Part shown: positions 1 to 11,726 of the stretch, one piece after another | Position numbering within the stretch: position 1 is the first letter of the stretch | Layout of the letters: every line of letters starts with the position of its first letter | DNA from: Campylobacterales bacterium | Lineage (GTDB): Bacteria; Campylobacterota; Campylobacteria; Campylobacterales; Sulfurimonadaceae | Direction: 5' to 3' | Assembly: GCA_038329855.1 (NCBI GenBank) | Contig: JBBQNL010000001.1 | Coordinates: 562-64,561 of the forward strand | Length of the DNA stretch: 64,000 bases | Translations under genes and position numbers: made by a program | Notes under the pieces: generated by a model | What the model saw: the letters and a program-made list of their open reading frames with translations, nothing else | What the model was told of the DNA's origin: nothing | Databases searched by the model: none

Positions 1-2871
1 AACCTCTTTGATTAGTTTTTGTATACGCAAAGCCCTTTCGTCTTCACTTAGAGCCCATCCGCCATGTACTGTCAAGATGAGTTTAGGGCGTTTTATCAAC
101 AATGTGGCGAGTTTATCAAGTTTTTCGCGCTGAGGGGGAAGCAGAGTCTCTTCACCCGCTTCAAACGAAACGTTGGAGAGAGAATCATCATCCGCTTCCA
201 ATCCCATCATCGCACCAAGCAGTCTAAAAGGTGCCGTAATGGCTTTGGTCAAAAGATTGCCGATCACCTGCCAGACAACTTTGCCGTATTTAAAATCGGG
301 GTTATTCACATCCCCCTCAATCGGCAAATCAATATCAATCACCCCGTCGCTGTCTTCAAGCAATGCGACCACAAGCCCCATCGGCCATTTCGATCCACCG
401 GCTTGCTCATCACCCAGCTCAATTTTTTTAATGACGATTTGATTTTGACTGTTGAGTTTTCCTTGATCGATTTTGTAACCCAGATTTAAAAACAGTTTTC
501 CGCCTGTAATTTTATACCCCAAAAATTTGAGGGAATAGGGAGTGTACTGCTTCAGTTCCAAATTTTCAAAGGCAACACGCATATTGGTAAAATTCTTAGG
601 GGCGTTCGTATTGATATTTCCATCAATTTTAGCCAATCCATATTGATCGACACCGCCTCGCAGTTTCACAAAGGTTGTTACATCTTTCGTCGTTGAAATT
701 CCCAGCACTTCACCGCTTAAATCATGCGTATAGGTTTTAAACGGCAAGGGAAGGGAAAGATCACTAAATGCTGCACTGCTGTTGAGAAGGGAGAGCTTAA
801 CGACATCAATACCAAACGCATTTCCCCCTTTCTTGTTCCCGTTGGCGTCGCTTTTTTTAACTTTGCTGAGGGTTGAGAAATTAAGAGTTTTATTCTGATC
901 GATCAAAACGTTTGTGTACAACCCATCCACAGCAATGTAATTGATTTTAAGTCGGTTATCCGGATAATGATAGACAAACGGAGTCACCCCAATACGATTC
1001 CATCCCAATAAAACGGACTTATCTCTGCGATCTTCTACGACCCAGTCTTCTAAAGCAAGCTTTCCATCTATGAACATTTTTTCAGGAGTATACGAATAGC
1101 TCCCTTTTAGACCAAGATCACCGCGCCGCAGCGCAGCGTACGTACTGGACTCGATGTAAGGATCGATAAGGGGGAGTGAAAAATGGTTTAGCTCAAAATC
1201 TCCCTTGGCTTGCAATGCAACCCGCCGAAGTGCAGACGAAAGGGCCAAGGTTGTTTTTTGGTTCACTCTTGCGGAGAGTTCAATCTCCATTGTTTCCCGC
1301 GGGTTGCTTGAAAATCTTCTCACATCCGCATTCAAACGATCCAAATGAATGCCCACAGGACGAACAGGTACCTCATCCAAGAAATTTACTTTGGAATCCT
1401 TAAGAGCAAACCGGTCCAGACGATAGCTCCATGGCGATTTGGATTCTTCTGTACTATTCTTTGGCGGGATATATACAAATCCTTGCACATCCAAAGCACC
1501 GTTGCGAAGCCGTTTTAACGACGCACTCATTTTTTCGAGGGTCACATTGTTCACCTGTATATTTTTACCCTCTTGCTCCAGTGAAATCTGATCGACTTCC
1601 AGCGATTCAAAATCCAGCACTTCCACTTTATCCGAAAGACGTCTAGCCCCAAACTTCCCTGTTTTGAGTTGGAGATTCAACGTTTTTTGAGGGTCACTGC
1701 TGACATTTTGAGCGTACGCCGACACCCCTTCCAGTGCAGCGGTATACGGTATTTTGGGAGCACGATCGTCCCAAGTTGCCCCCATATTTTCCAAAGCAAC
1801 ATCACGTACGTTAAAGGTCCAAGGGATTTTCGTCTCATTTTCATCTTCGGGAAATGCTTTTTTGATCTGCTCCATATACTCCAGCCAGTCAATCACCCCA
1901 TCACGTGATCGTGAAGCGTTCAACGCCAGACCATTGAGCTTCAGCGCATTCGCATCCAATACCTTGCGCATCGGCCACACAGTTGCATCAGAGATTTTAA
2001 CACTCCCCACATCCAACAACTTTCTCTCTTCCCCCTTGGAAATGAATCGAAGAGAATTCAAATCGATCTGAACATGGGAAAGTTTTGTTGCATTGATATC
2101 CTCGGCACTTAACGCATAATCCAACGAAAAAGCAGCCGTTCCATCGGCTACTTCAATGGGAAGTTTCTCTTTAAAATAGCGCCATGCGGTATAAAGTTTG
2201 CCTGAGTTAAATGCTACACTCCCATTCAAGGCGAATGGTTTCATCGAAATGATTTTTCCGCGTAGATCAATAAATCCGGAATCATTAATGGTCGCATACA
2301 GACGCAATGCCCCTTTGCTCTTCGATGTCTCTTGCAAATTAATATGTTCTACGTGAAATCCGATCCCGTTCACGCTCTCATGATAGTTTTTCCCCTCGCT
2401 GATATCGGCATACTCAATCTTTCCATTTTTAAGGGTAAAGTCTTCAATCAATAAAGCCAACGGCTGTGAAGGCTCTTTCGTCTCATTCTCATCGCTGCCA
2501 AGCAGCCATCCAAAGTTCATCTCACCATTAACATCTTTCGCGAGAGAAATCTGAGGTTTTTCAATGTGTATGCTCTCAACTACCCACTTCCCTCGCCAGA
2601 GATAATCGAGTGGATTGACATTGATACTCAACGATTTAATGGCAACCAAATCACCATTTTTTGGGCTTTTAAAGGTACCATTTTGAAGGGAAAGACGAAA
2701 AATAAAAGGATTAAAAGAAGCTGATTCGACCTTAAACTTTCCCCCTTTGGTAACGTCGGCCACGATATCCGGAACACGGTGTTTGATGAGATAAGGAACA
2801 CCGAAAAACCCTCCAATCGTATAAAGGCTCATAACCGCCAAAAGCGTATAAATCAAATATTGTTTTTTCAC
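1..2871 (-). CDS. DUF748/AsmA-like large envelope protein, runs off the left edge (partial)
   Basis: Not in the ORF track. GTG at 2871 with AGGA RBS and a hydrophobic N-terminus (YLIYTLLAVMSLYTIGGFFGVPY). The same frame at 1-150 reads ETLLPPQREKLDKLATLLIKRPKLILTVHGG, typical of DUF748 protein C-termini. Only the ends were checked by hand. Confidence 0.8.
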   Translation of the reverse strand, partial: MKKQYLIYTLLAVMSLYTIGGFFGVPYLIKHRVPDIVADVTKGGKFKVESASFNPFIFRLSLQNGTFKSPKNGDLVAIKSLSINVNPLDYLWRGKWVVESIHIEKPQISLAKDVNGEMNFGWLLGSDENETKEPSQPLALLIEDFTLKNGKIEYADISEGKNYHESVNGIGFHVEHINLQETSKSKGALRLYATINDSGFIDLRGKIISMKPFALNGSVAFNSGKLYTAWRYFKEKLPIEVADGTAAFSLDYALSAEDINATKLSHVQIDLNSLRFISKGEERKLLDVGSVKISDATVWPMRKVLDANALKLNGLALNASRSRDGVIDWLEYMEQIKKAFPEDENETKIPWTFNVRDVALENMGATWDDRAPKIPYTAALEGVSAYAQNVSSDPQKTLNLQLKTGKFGARRLSDKVEVLDFESLEVDQISLEQEGKNIQVNNVTLEKMSASLKRLRNGALDVQGFVYIPPKNSTEESKSPWSYRLDRFALKDSKVNFLDEVPVRPVGIHLDRLNADVRRFSSNPRETMEIELSARVNQKTTLALSSALRRVALQAKGDFELNHFSLPLIDPYIESSTYAALRRGDLGLKGSYSYTPEKMFIDGKLALEDWVVEDRRDKSVLLGWNRIGVTPFVYHYPDNRLKINYIAVDGLYTNVLIDQNKTLNFSTLSKVKKSDANGNKKGGNAFGIDVVKLSLLNSSAAFSDLSLPLPFKTYTHDLSGEVLGISTTKDVTTFVKLRGGVDQYGLAKIDGNINTNAPKNFTNMRVAFENLELKQYTPYSLKFLGYKITGGKLFLNLGYKIDQGKLNSQNQIVIKKIELGDEQAGGSKWPMGLVVALLEDSDGVIDIDLPIEGDVNNPDFKYGKVVWQVIGNLLTKAITAPFRLLGAMMGLEADDDSLSNVSFEAGEETLLPPQREKLDKLATLLIKRPKLILTVHGGWALSEDERALRIQKLIKEV
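2345..2360. other. degenerate parS-like site
   Basis: TGTTCTACGTGAAATC versus consensus TGTTTCACGTGAAACA; origin-proximal. Confidence 0.35.
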
Positions 2872-2984
2872 CCGAAACCATCCTGTAAATCATCTAAATA
2901 ATGACCAATTTTAACACACTTAAATCTTTTTTGAGGCACATACGGGCATAATGAGCAACTTATTTTCAACCATTGGATCATCAC

Positions 2985-4004
2985 ATGAAACGCAAAAAAA
3001 TTTATAATCCTTCTTCTAACGAACATGTGAATGATCGGCGTATTTTCGGGGGGAATCCAACGGGTATTTTCGAGCTCAACAACATCAAATACCAGTGGGC
3101 ATACAACTTATGGGAAATGATGCTCAACAACACGTGGTTTCCCAAAGAGGTCGATATGACTCGGGATGCGATTGACTATAAATACCTCACGGAGATGGAA
3201 AAAACGGCTTATGATAAAGCCCTCTCTCAGCTCATCTTTATGGACAGCCTCCAAACCAACAATATTATGGACAACATCAATCCGTATGTCACTGCACCCG
3301 AAATCAATCTAATTTTAGTGCGCCAAAGTTTTGAAGAGGCATTGCACTCTCAAAGCTATGCCGTTATGGTGGACTCCATCAGTCAAAACAGTGCCGAAAT
3401 ATACGATCTATGGCGCCGAGACATGATGCTTAAAACCAAAAATGATTCCATTGCAGCTCGCTACGATGAGCTTGCCAATGACCCAAGCGAAAGCGCCTTT
3501 GTCAAAGCGTGTTTTGCGAATCAGATTTTGGAAGGGATTTACTTTTACAGTGGATTTACCTACATCTACACTCTTGCACGTTCAGGCAAGATGCTTGGAT
3601 CGGCACAGATGATCCGTTTCATCCAGCGCGATGAAGTAACCCACCTCGTTTTGTTTCAAAACATTATCAACACACTCAAACGCGAACGCCCTGATTTATT
3701 TACCGAAGAGTTGATTGAAGAGGTGTATGACATGTTTCGTAAGGCTGTAGAGCTTGAGACAGCATGGGGCCAATACATTACCCAGGGTCAAATTTTAGGA
3801 TTAACCAACGAGATTGTTGCTCAATACATTCAATTCCTAGCCGACACGCGTTTACATGCTGTAGGACTCAAACCCCTCTATAATGTTGCCAATCCGATCA
3901 AATGGGTCGATGATTTCTCGAAATTTAATGACCAAAAAACCAACTTTTTCGAGGGAACCGTAACGAACTATTCAAAAGGAAGCCTCAGCTTTGATGATTT
4001 CTAA
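2985..4004 (+). CDS. nrdB: class Ia ribonucleotide reductase beta subunit
   Basis: [15 protein letters not shown] (radical Tyr), EGIYFYSGF and RDEVTH motifs; C-terminal NFFE...Y. Confidence 0.95.
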   Translation: MKRKKIYNPSSNEHVNDRRIFGGNPTGIFELNNIKYQWAYNLWEMMLNNTWFPKEVDMTRDAIDYKYLTEMEKTAYDKALSQLIFMDSLQTNNIMDNINPYVTAPEINLILVRQSFEEALHSQSYAVMVDSISQNSAEIYDLWRRDMMLKTKNDSIAARYDELANDPSESAFVKACFANQILEGIYFYSGFTYIYTLARSGKMLGSAQMIRFIQRDEVTHLVLFQNIINTLKRERPDLFTEELIEEVYDMFRKAVELETAWGQYITQGQILGLTNEIVAQYIQFLADTRLHAVGLKPLYNVANPIKWVDDFSKFNDQKTNFFEGTVTNYSKGSLSFDDF

Positions 4005-4728
4005 GCCCATCGTTTCGCTGTGTCTCTCAACCGAAGAGAATTTTGAAAACAATCTGACAAAGCTCATACTTCTCATCGTTCAATCGCCCGAGGATGCCAT
4101 CATCGTAGCACCTGAAGTAGTCTTGACCGGATTTGCCTACGAAAAATTCGAGGAAGCAGCAGCGTTTACCCCTTATGCCCTCGATAAGCTTATGGGATTT
4201 CTCGGAAATCGGCTCCTCATCTTCACCGCCATTACTAAGCTGGGCAAAGAGTTTCACAATATTTCTTACGCCATTAGCAATGAAAACGTACTTCACGCTC
4301 AATCCAAAGCAAAGCTCTTTTTGTTAAGCGGCGAAGTGGAGCACTTTAGCGCTGGAGAAGAGTCAAAGATTCTCCCTTTTAATTTTCAAGGGATCAAGAT
4401 CGGGATTCTCATTTGTTTTGAGCTTCGATTTAAAGAACTTTGGCAACAGCTTGAGGGGTGTGATATTATCGCCGTTCCGGCACAATGGGGAAAAATTCGC
4501 ACTGAACATTTCGTCACCCTTACCAATGCCCTTGCCGTGATGAATCAATGTTATGTTATTGCTTCGGATGCGGACAATGAGGATACCAGCGGCATGAGCG
4601 GTATCATTAACCCTTTTGGGCATGAACTACGAAATAACGGAGCTCCATCGCTTGCCTCCATGTATGAGCAGCGCACCGTCACGTCGATGCGTCGCTATTT
4701 GAATATAGGAATTACCTCCCATGATTGA
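3994..4728 (+). CDS. carbon-nitrogen hydrolase (nitrilase/amidase family)
   Basis: APE, K and ICFELRF catalytic triad motifs. Confidence 0.9.
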   Translation: MISKPIVSLCLSTEENFENNLTKLILLIVQSPEDAIIVAPEVVLTGFAYEKFEEAAAFTPYALDKLMGFLGNRLLIFTAITKLGKEFHNISYAISNENVLHAQSKAKLFLLSGEVEHFSAGEESKILPFNFQGIKIGILICFELRFKELWQQLEGCDIIAVPAQWGKIRTEHFVTLTNALAVMNQCYVIASDADNEDTSGMSGIINPFGHELRNNGAPSLASMYEQRTVTSMRRYLNIGITSHD

Positions 4729-5362
4729 TAAAGTCACCATCATTAAAACCACTCGCATGAGTGACGAGATTATAAAAAAATACCCCCTAAGCCCTGCGGT
4801 CAGAAATGCGATCATACACACCAATCGCGAAGTATTTGTCCCCCTTGCATTGCGGCATAATGCCTATCGTCTCGACGCTCTCCCCATCGGCGCCCAGCAG
4901 TTTATCTCTTCCCCTCTCACAGTAGCTAAGATGTCGCAGTATTTAAGCCCGGAGGGGTGCGACAGTGTTTTAGAGATCGGATGCGGCAGCGGTTATCAAG
5001 CCGCCGTTCTCTCCCATCTCTTTCGCCGTGTCTTTACCATTGAGAGGATCGAATCCCTTCTGCTGGAAGCCAAAGAACGGTTTCGGCATCTGAAGCTGGG
5101 AAATATCCATACCCGCACCGATGATGGGCAAAACGGCTGGGAGCAGTATGCACCGTTTGACCGTATCCTTTTCTCGGCTTCGGCACGCGCTATCCCCCAA
5201 AAACTCTTCGATCAATTGCGCGAGGGTGGGATTTTGATTGCCCCTATGGAACGAGGACGAGAGCAAGTGATTACCCGATTTACGAAACGTGGCGGTAAGA
5301 TCATGGAAGATGCCCTTGAGGTATGTGATTTTGTCCCTATCTTGGACGGGGTAGTCCGATGA
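4721..5362 (+). CDS. pcm: protein-L-isoaspartate O-methyltransferase
   Basis: [17 protein letters not shown] and APFDRI motifs. Confidence 0.95.
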   Translation: MIDKVTIIKTTRMSDEIIKKYPLSPAVRNAIIHTNREVFVPLALRHNAYRLDALPIGAQQFISSPLTVAKMSQYLSPEGCDSVLEIGCGSGYQAAVLSHLFRRVFTIERIESLLLEAKERFRHLKLGNIHTRTDDGQNGWEQYAPFDRILFSASARAIPQKLFDQLREGGILIAPMERGREQVITRFTKRGGKIMEDALEVCDFVPILDGVVR

Positions 5363-5970
5363 GTGATCAGCGCGAATTTTGGAATGCTCGCTTTGAGCGA
5401 GAGGGATACTTTTATGGCGTCACCCCAAACCTCTATTTAAAATCTCATCTTGATACCCTTACTCCGTCTCAAAATTTGCTGTTTTTAGGTGAGGGTGAAG
5501 GGCGCAATGCGGTTTATGCCGCCAAGCTTGGGCACAATGTCACAGCACTCGATGCCTCGGACATCGGCCTCGCCAAAGCTTCCATGCTGGCACATCAGCA
5601 TAACACCTCTATTTCTCTCATTCACACCGATTTAGAGCAGTGGAAGCCCGATTGTGCGTACGATGCCATCATGTGTTCCTTCCTCCATCTACAGGAGCCT
5701 CTTCGCAGTGAAGTTTTTGCAAAGGCCCTTGATCATTTGCATTCCGGCGGAATTTTTGCAGGGGAGTTTTTCTCTCTTGAGCAGCTTCCTCGTACCACAG
5801 GCGGTCCCAAAGACGAAAACCTTCTCTATACGGCTGAGGCACTTGAAGCTATTCTCCAGAATCTTCAGTGCACCGTCATTGAACTCGTTGAGCTTGATGT
5901 CCAACTGCAAGAGGGGAGCGGACACAACGGCCTGGCATCGGTTGTTCGTCTCGCGGTGACAAAAAAATGA
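5359..5970 (+). CDS. class I SAM-dependent methyltransferase
   Basis: FWNARF...[13 protein letters not shown] and GGP motifs. Confidence 0.85.
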   Translation: MSDQREFWNARFEREGYFYGVTPNLYLKSHLDTLTPSQNLLFLGEGEGRNAVYAAKLGHNVTALDASDIGLAKASMLAHQHNTSISLIHTDLEQWKPDCAYDAIMCSFLHLQEPLRSEVFAKALDHLHSGGIFAGEFFSLEQLPRTTGGPKDENLLYTAEALEAILQNLQCTVIELVELDVQLQEGSGHNGLASVVRLAVTKK

Positions 5971-6917
5971 GCCTCCCCGAAGCATTTAAAGAGCGCCTTT
6001 CTCAAATTGTTCCGCAAGAGCAGCTCGAAGCAATCCTGAGCACATTCGATGCCCCAAAACAAGTAACCTTTCGGGTCAATACCCTCAAATCAACCCCGCA
6101 AGAGCTTGAATCTGAACTCGAAGTTGCCCAAATTCCCTACGAGAAAGTAAGATGGAAAACATCGTTTATGGAAGGGGTCTATCGCATTGCCCCCGAAGAC
6201 AAACTCCGACTCACACAAACCGATGCGTTTTATGGCGGGCGGCTCTATATCCAAAATCTCTCCTCCATGATCGCCCCTCTCCTCTTGGCTCCAAAACCTG
6301 AAGAGACCGTTCTTGATCTAGCCGCTGCCCCGGGAGGCAAAACGCTTATGTTAGCCGGGATGATGGAAAATACGGGTTGGCTCTCTGCCGTAGAACTCTC
6401 TCGCGAACGTTTTTTCCGGATGTGTGACAATCTTAAAGCTCAAGGGGTTACCAACGCCCATACTTACATGACCGATGGACGAAGCGTTGGGAAAAAATGC
6501 CCCGAGATGTTTGACAAAATACTGCTGGATGCACCGTGTTCGTCCGAAGCGCGTTTTAAGACCCATGAACCCAAATCGATGTCCTTTTGGACCATTCACA
6601 AAGTCAAAGAGACCTCCAAGCTCCAACGCCGATTACTCCTCTCTGCCTTCGATGCCCTCAAGCCGGGAGGAAAACTTCTCTATTCAACGTGTTCCTTTTC
6701 TCCTGAAGAGAATGAAAGCCCTCTTCATCACCTCTTAGAGCGTCATGGAGAGCACTTAAAGACTTTACCCCTTACTTTGCCTTTCGATAACATTCAAAAG
6801 CCTCTAAAGCGTTGGGGGAAAGAAGTATTTGATGAGCGGATTCAAAACGGAGTGAGGATTTTACCCACCGATACGATTGATGGGTTCTTTTTGTGCTTGT
6901 TGGAGAAAAAAGGGTGA
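5967..6917 (+). CDS. RsmB/RsmF/NOP2 family RNA m5C methyltransferase
   Basis: DLAAAPGGKT, LLDAPCS, YSTCS and DGFF motifs. Confidence 0.92.
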   Translation: MSLPEAFKERLSQIVPQEQLEAILSTFDAPKQVTFRVNTLKSTPQELESELEVAQIPYEKVRWKTSFMEGVYRIAPEDKLRLTQTDAFYGGRLYIQNLSSMIAPLLLAPKPEETVLDLAAAPGGKTLMLAGMMENTGWLSAVELSRERFFRMCDNLKAQGVTNAHTYMTDGRSVGKKCPEMFDKILLDAPCSSEARFKTHEPKSMSFWTIHKVKETSKLQRRLLLSAFDALKPGGKLLYSTCSFSPEENESPLHHLLERHGEHLKTLPLTLPFDNIQKPLKRWGKEVFDERIQNGVRILPTDTIDGFFLCLLEKKG

Positions 6918-7348
6918 ATTCCATCCTCTTTGTCTGCCTCGGAAATATCTGCCGTTCGCCGATTGCCGAAGGGATAGCACGTAAACTGATAGAAGAGAGT
7001 GGTCTTGCCATCACGGTCGATTCTGCGGGAACAGGGCATTGGCATGTTGGTGAGTCACCGTGTACACATTCCGTACAAGTCGCGAGAGATCATAATGTCG
7101 ATATCTCCCATCTCCGTGCCCGTCAGGTCAAAAAAATAGATTTCTCTACTTTTGATTTAATTGTCGCACTTGATCAAAGTAATTATCATGATCTTAAAAC
7201 GATGGGGTGTACCAATCTAATCAAACTAGGGGATTACGGATATGAGGGTGCTGATGTCCCCGATCCTTATTTTTTTAAAGGGTTTGAAGGATTTGAGAAT
7301 GTGTATACAATGATTGAATCGTGCGTGAAAGAACTGCTTAACCGCTAA
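6914..7348 (+). CDS. low molecular weight protein-tyrosine phosphatase
   Basis: VCLGNICRS P-loop and DPY; GTG start at 6914 after GGAG. Confidence 0.92.
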   Translation: MNSILFVCLGNICRSPIAEGIARKLIEESGLAITVDSAGTGHWHVGESPCTHSVQVARDHNVDISHLRARQVKKIDFSTFDLIVALDQSNYHDLKTMGCTNLIKLGDYGYEGADVPDPYFFKGFEGFENVYTMIESCVKELLNR

Positions 7349-7709
7349 AAGGCATCTCTTCATACCCCATCGACGTTCCGATAATATACAACGGTGCTTC
7401 GTTCACCCGTCCGCTATAACTGCCGATTCCTAATGCGCATGTATTAGCGCTTATCTCTATGGTAATCCCCTCAGACACATCGAGTGATTTCAAAACGTTA
7501 TCACTCACTAGTTTTGCATCACTCACACCACTAATAACAAACGTTATATCAATCCAATCATACCCGCGAGCAATGTCTTGAACGCTAAAACGAATTTCGA
7601 TGGAAGTAGGGGAAAGGGGAGTGACGGAACGGACTTCACCGTGTTTTGCATGATCGATGCGCACTAACAATGCCGTTAGCGCTTGAGCGTTTAGGGGCTT
7701 TACTGGCAC
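7338..7709 (-). CDS. hypothetical protein, coupled to the end of nrdA
   Basis: 123-aa ORF overlapping the nrdA stop; protein-like composition. Confidence 0.7.
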   Translation of the reverse strand: MPVKPLNAQALTALLVRIDHAKHGEVRSVTPLSPTSIEIRFSVQDIARGYDWIDITFVISGVSDAKLVSDNVLKSLDVSEGITIEISANTCALGIGSYSGRVNEAPLYIIGTSMGYEEMPFSG

Positions 7710-10066
7710 CCGTCACACTCCATCGAGCGGTCTGTCGTATCCTCTTTGGCTTCCGGAGATTGGGATCGGAGATAATAGGTCGATTTAAGTCCCAGCTTCC
7801 ATGCGAGCATGTAGATGTCGTTGAGATATTTACCGCTTGCCTTATCGAGAGTGATAAAGATATTGAGGCTTTGCCCCTGATCGATCCACTTTTGACGAAT
7901 GGCCGCCGCTTTGATCAAAATCGTCTGATCCAGATCATAGGCAGGGATGTAATATCCCCATGTTTCAGGAGAAAGTTTCGGAGCGACCACAGGGATTAAC
8001 CCAGAGAGATTTTCTTCAAACCATTTACGCTTATAGACGGGCTCGATCGTTTGGGTCGTACCGGTGAGGATAGAGATTGAACTCGTCGGAGCAATTGCCA
8101 TCAAGTATCCGTTACGCATCCCTTGTTTTTTAACGGTTTCACGTAGAACATTCCAGTCATAACTCGAAGCAAACAATCCGCCGCGATCCACAAGATTTTG
8201 CACTTCTGCCGTTGCATGATCCATTGGCATGATTCCGCGGCTCCATTTGGAGCCTTGATACTCGGCATACGACCCTTTTTCAACCGCTAAGTCGGAAGAG
8301 GCCTTAATCGCGTTATAACTCACCGACTCCATCACTTCATCGATTTTGTCGAAATGTTCTTGCGTTCCCCACATGATCTTGTTTTCCGCGAGCATCTGTG
8401 CTTCACCCATAACACCCAAACCGATTGCACGGCTTTTCATGTTAGTCCGTTTTACTTTTTCCAGAGGATAGAAGTTCAAATCAATAACGTTATCCAAAGC
8501 ACGGATGGCAATAGGGACAATACGATCGATCTCTTCTTTGGTGTTAATGCGTGAGAGGTTAACAGACGCCAGGTTGCACACCGCTGTTGCCCCATCGACT
8601 TTTTCTTTTTCCACGATATAAATAAGACGTCCGCCCAATGAATCCAATGCCGTTACTTTGTTAGCCGGTTTTTCGATACCGCTGTCCACTTTGACTAACG
8701 CATCTTCTTCGTACGTTACAAACGTCCCGTCTTCAAATTTGATTTTAATCAGATAGTGGTTTGGCTGGGTGTTTTGGAAAATTTCCGTACACAAGTTTGA
8801 ACTGCGGATAATCCCGTAATGGTCATTGGGGTTAGCACGGTTAGCGCTGTCTTTAAAACACAAGAACGGGCTGCCCGATTCAAAATAACTGGTGAGGATT
8901 TTTTTCCACAGATCTTTGGCTTTCGTATGCTCTTTAATCACGCTTGCATCTTGTTCAAGTTCTACATAACGCTTCTCAAACGCATCACCGTACAGTTCAC
9001 TCAAATCCTTGACATCGTACGGATCAAACATCGTCCAAATACCGTCTTCAACAACACGCTTCATAAACATATCGTTGATCCACAAAGCAGGGAACAAGTC
9101 GTGTGCACGACGGCGCTCTTCCCCAGAGTTTTTCTTGATGTCAAGGAAATCTTTGACGTCCATGTGCCACGGCTCGAGATAAACCGCGATAGCTCCCTTG
9201 CGAGTACCAAGCTGATCCACCGCGATTGCGATGTCATTGGTTATCTTCAAAAAGGGAACCGTTCCGCCCGCCGCATTTTTATGCCCGTCGATAAAGGATC
9301 CCATCGCACGAACTTGCGTCCAGTCCCAACCGATACCGCCGCCGAATTTAGAGAGCAATGCCATCTCTTTGTAGGCATCAAAAATCCCTTCGATATTATC
9401 AGGGCTTGAACCGATATAACACGAGCTAAGCTGATGACGTGTTGTACGGGCGTTTGAAAGTGTAGGGGTGGCAAGCATCACTTGGAACTGGCTGATCATG
9501 TCGTAAAACTTGATTGCCCACCCTTCACGGTCCGATTCGTTTTGTGCCAAGAACATGGAGATTGCCATAAACATATGCTGAGGCAATTCGATAGGGTCAC
9601 CTTTGCGGTCTTTGATAAGATAACGGTCATAAAGGGTTTTAACGCCTAAATAGTTAAACTCCAAATCACGCTCAGGGACGATGTGTTTTTCAAGCACTGC
9701 AAGATCAAACTTCTCGCGTAATCCTAAAAGAATACGCCCTTCTGCTTCGCCGCGCTCAAAGTAACTTAACAAACTGCCGTATCCCGTAAATCCATTAACA
9801 CGATGATACAAATCGTACAAGAAAAGGCGTGATGCGACAAACGTCCAGTTAGGTGAGTCGATGTCGATTTTGTCTACCGCTGTTTTAATCAACGTGTGCT
9901 GAATCTCATTGCTGGTGATCCCGTCACGAAATTGGATTTGAGCATCCACTTCAAGTTCGCTCTGTGAGACATTGAGCAGCCCATCAACGGCAGCAAAAGT
10001 ATATTTTTGAATTTTGGTAATATCCAACGGCTCACGACGGCCGTTACGTTTAATAATGGTTAGCAT
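7700..10066 (-). CDS. nrdA: class Ia ribonucleotide reductase alpha subunit
   Basis: N-terminal ATP cone, ATPTL, SSC, SNLCTE, APTSS, C-terminal CxxC. Confidence 0.97.
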   Translation of the reverse strand: MLTIIKRNGRREPLDITKIQKYTFAAVDGLLNVSQSELEVDAQIQFRDGITSNEIQHTLIKTAVDKIDIDSPNWTFVASRLFLYDLYHRVNGFTGYGSLLSYFERGEAEGRILLGLREKFDLAVLEKHIVPERDLEFNYLGVKTLYDRYLIKDRKGDPIELPQHMFMAISMFLAQNESDREGWAIKFYDMISQFQVMLATPTLSNARTTRHQLSSCYIGSSPDNIEGIFDAYKEMALLSKFGGGIGWDWTQVRAMGSFIDGHKNAAGGTVPFLKITNDIAIAVDQLGTRKGAIAVYLEPWHMDVKDFLDIKKNSGEERRRAHDLFPALWINDMFMKRVVEDGIWTMFDPYDVKDLSELYGDAFEKRYVELEQDASVIKEHTKAKDLWKKILTSYFESGSPFLCFKDSANRANPNDHYGIIRSSNLCTEIFQNTQPNHYLIKIKFEDGTFVTYEEDALVKVDSGIEKPANKVTALDSLGGRLIYIVEKEKVDGATAVCNLASVNLSRINTKEEIDRIVPIAIRALDNVIDLNFYPLEKVKRTNMKSRAIGLGVMGEAQMLAENKIMWGTQEHFDKIDEVMESVSYNAIKASSDLAVEKGSYAEYQGSKWSRGIMPMDHATAEVQNLVDRGGLFASSYDWNVLRETVKKQGMRNGYLMAIAPTSSISILTGTTQTIEPVYKRKWFEENLSGLIPVVAPKLSPETWGYYIPAYDLDQTILIKAAAIRQKWIDQGQSLNIFITLDKASGKYLNDIYMLAWKLGLKSTYYLRSQSPEAKEDTTDRSMECDGCQ
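8135..8150. other. degenerate parS-like site within nrdA
   Basis: GGTTTCACGTAGAACA. Confidence 0.45.
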
Positions 10067-10316
10067 TCAGTACGTTCCTTGTCATTCTTAGAGCGTATAT
10101 TATACCCTCAAAATTTTAGAAATTCTTATAATTTGTTGATTCTTTTTTGTTCAATAATTTTAAGCAGATAGTGAGCCAATATTCTTTGTCTTTATAACTA
10201 TCTCTCGAATCACGAAGAGCCACTTTTTTGGCATACATGCCAAAATAAGTGAAGCGTTCATGAGAGCGATGAGCTTCTTTTGTTTCTTTTCTTGCGGTAA
10301 AGAAAAGAAATATAAA

Positions 10317-11645
10317 TTACTTAAAAACTCTCGCAAAAATACGGTCAACATTCTTCGTATAATAATCAAAGTTAAAACATTCGCGAATTGCCTCTTCACT
10401 CAAACTTTGACGCAACTCTTCATCATCCAATAAATATTGCAAATACAAACTTTCGTTATTTTCGTTAGTCGCACTTTTACCCTGCTGCAAACCTTCCCAT
10501 ACTTTCATCGCATTGCGCTGAACAATACGGTATGCATCTTCACGACTAACACCTTTGAGAGGAAGCTCGAGCAATACACGCTGAGAGAAAACCAAACCGC
10601 CTGTTAGGTTTAGATTGCGCATCATGTTCTCTGGATAAACTACGAGTTTTGCGATAACACTATTAAAACGATGCAGCATAAAATCAGAGGTTACAAAACT
10701 GTCCGGGAGCCAAAACCGCTCAGTCGAACTATGAGAGATATCACGCTCGTGCCATAACGCCACGTTTTCCATTGCAGGTACTGCGTATGAGCGAACCATG
10801 CGAGCGAGCCCTGTAATGTTCTCCGTCAAAATAGGATTACGTTTGTGAGGCATTGCCGATGAACCTTTTTGTCCCACCGCGAAATACTCTTCACACTCAT
10901 ACACTTCCGTACGCTGCCAATGGCGTACTTGTACGGCAAATTTTTCGATGGAGCTTGCTAACAACGCTAACGTAGAAGCAAGACGGGCATAACGGTCACG
11001 TTGGATAACTTGATTGGATGCAGGGGCAGGTTTTAATCCTAACGCCTCACACGCATACTCTTCAAGTTCTAACGGTGCGTGAGCAAAGTTACCCATCGCT
11101 CCCGATACTTGACCCACCGCGATAACCTCCATCGTTTGTTCCAAGTTAGTAAGATGGCGCGCCATTTCATCGTACCAAACCGCTAACACTAAACCAAACG
11201 TGATAGGCTCGCCATGTATCCCATGGGAGCGTCCGACCATCAACGTCATCTTATGCTCCATCGCACGGAGCTTAATCGACTCCATCACCATTTTAACGTC
11301 TTCGATGATCAGCGCTAACGAATCTCGCATCTGCAATGCAACCGCAGTATCCACCGTATCCGAAGAAGTCATCCCGTAATGGAACCAACGACTCTCTTCT
11401 CCCAGCGTCTCAGAAACCGAGGTAGTAAATGCGATTAAATCATGACGCGTAATCGCTTCGATCTCATCAATACGTTCAACACTGAACCCTGCATTGGCAA
11501 TAATTTTTTGCGCATCTTCATCGGGAATCAATCCCAGCTTATTCCACGCAACCACGACCGCTTTTTCTACATCGAGCCACGCTTGATATTTTGCCTGAAT
11601 GCTCCATTTGGATTTCATCTCTTCTCTGCTGTAACGATCTACCAT
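10317..11645 (-). CDS. purB: adenylosuccinate lyase
   Basis: MVDRY start; SSAMPHKRNP signature. Confidence 0.97.
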   Translation of the reverse strand: MVDRYSREEMKSKWSIQAKYQAWLDVEKAVVVAWNKLGLIPDEDAQKIIANAGFSVERIDEIEAITRHDLIAFTTSVSETLGEESRWFHYGMTSSDTVDTAVALQMRDSLALIIEDVKMVMESIKLRAMEHKMTLMVGRSHGIHGEPITFGLVLAVWYDEMARHLTNLEQTMEVIAVGQVSGAMGNFAHAPLELEEYACEALGLKPAPASNQVIQRDRYARLASTLALLASSIEKFAVQVRHWQRTEVYECEEYFAVGQKGSSAMPHKRNPILTENITGLARMVRSYAVPAMENVALWHERDISHSSTERFWLPDSFVTSDFMLHRFNSVIAKLVVYPENMMRNLNLTGGLVFSQRVLLELPLKGVSREDAYRIVQRNAMKVWEGLQQGKSATNENNESLYLQYLLDDEELRQSLSEEAIRECFNFDYYTKNVDRIFARVFK

Positions 11646-11726
11646 ATTTTGACCCCTTATGTATGCTAAAATGCGCATTATATTAATAAATATAGTCTAT
11701 CCAATCGACCCTAAAAAGGAATTAAA

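Noticed and set aside
64-2816. Short ORFs at the window start
   Set aside because: Shadows of the large minus-strand DUF748 gene that the track omits because it is truncated.
8580-8770. Insertion in nrdA as a possible intein
   Set aside because: Short, with no intein terminal motifs (C/S...HN); probably a lineage-specific loop.
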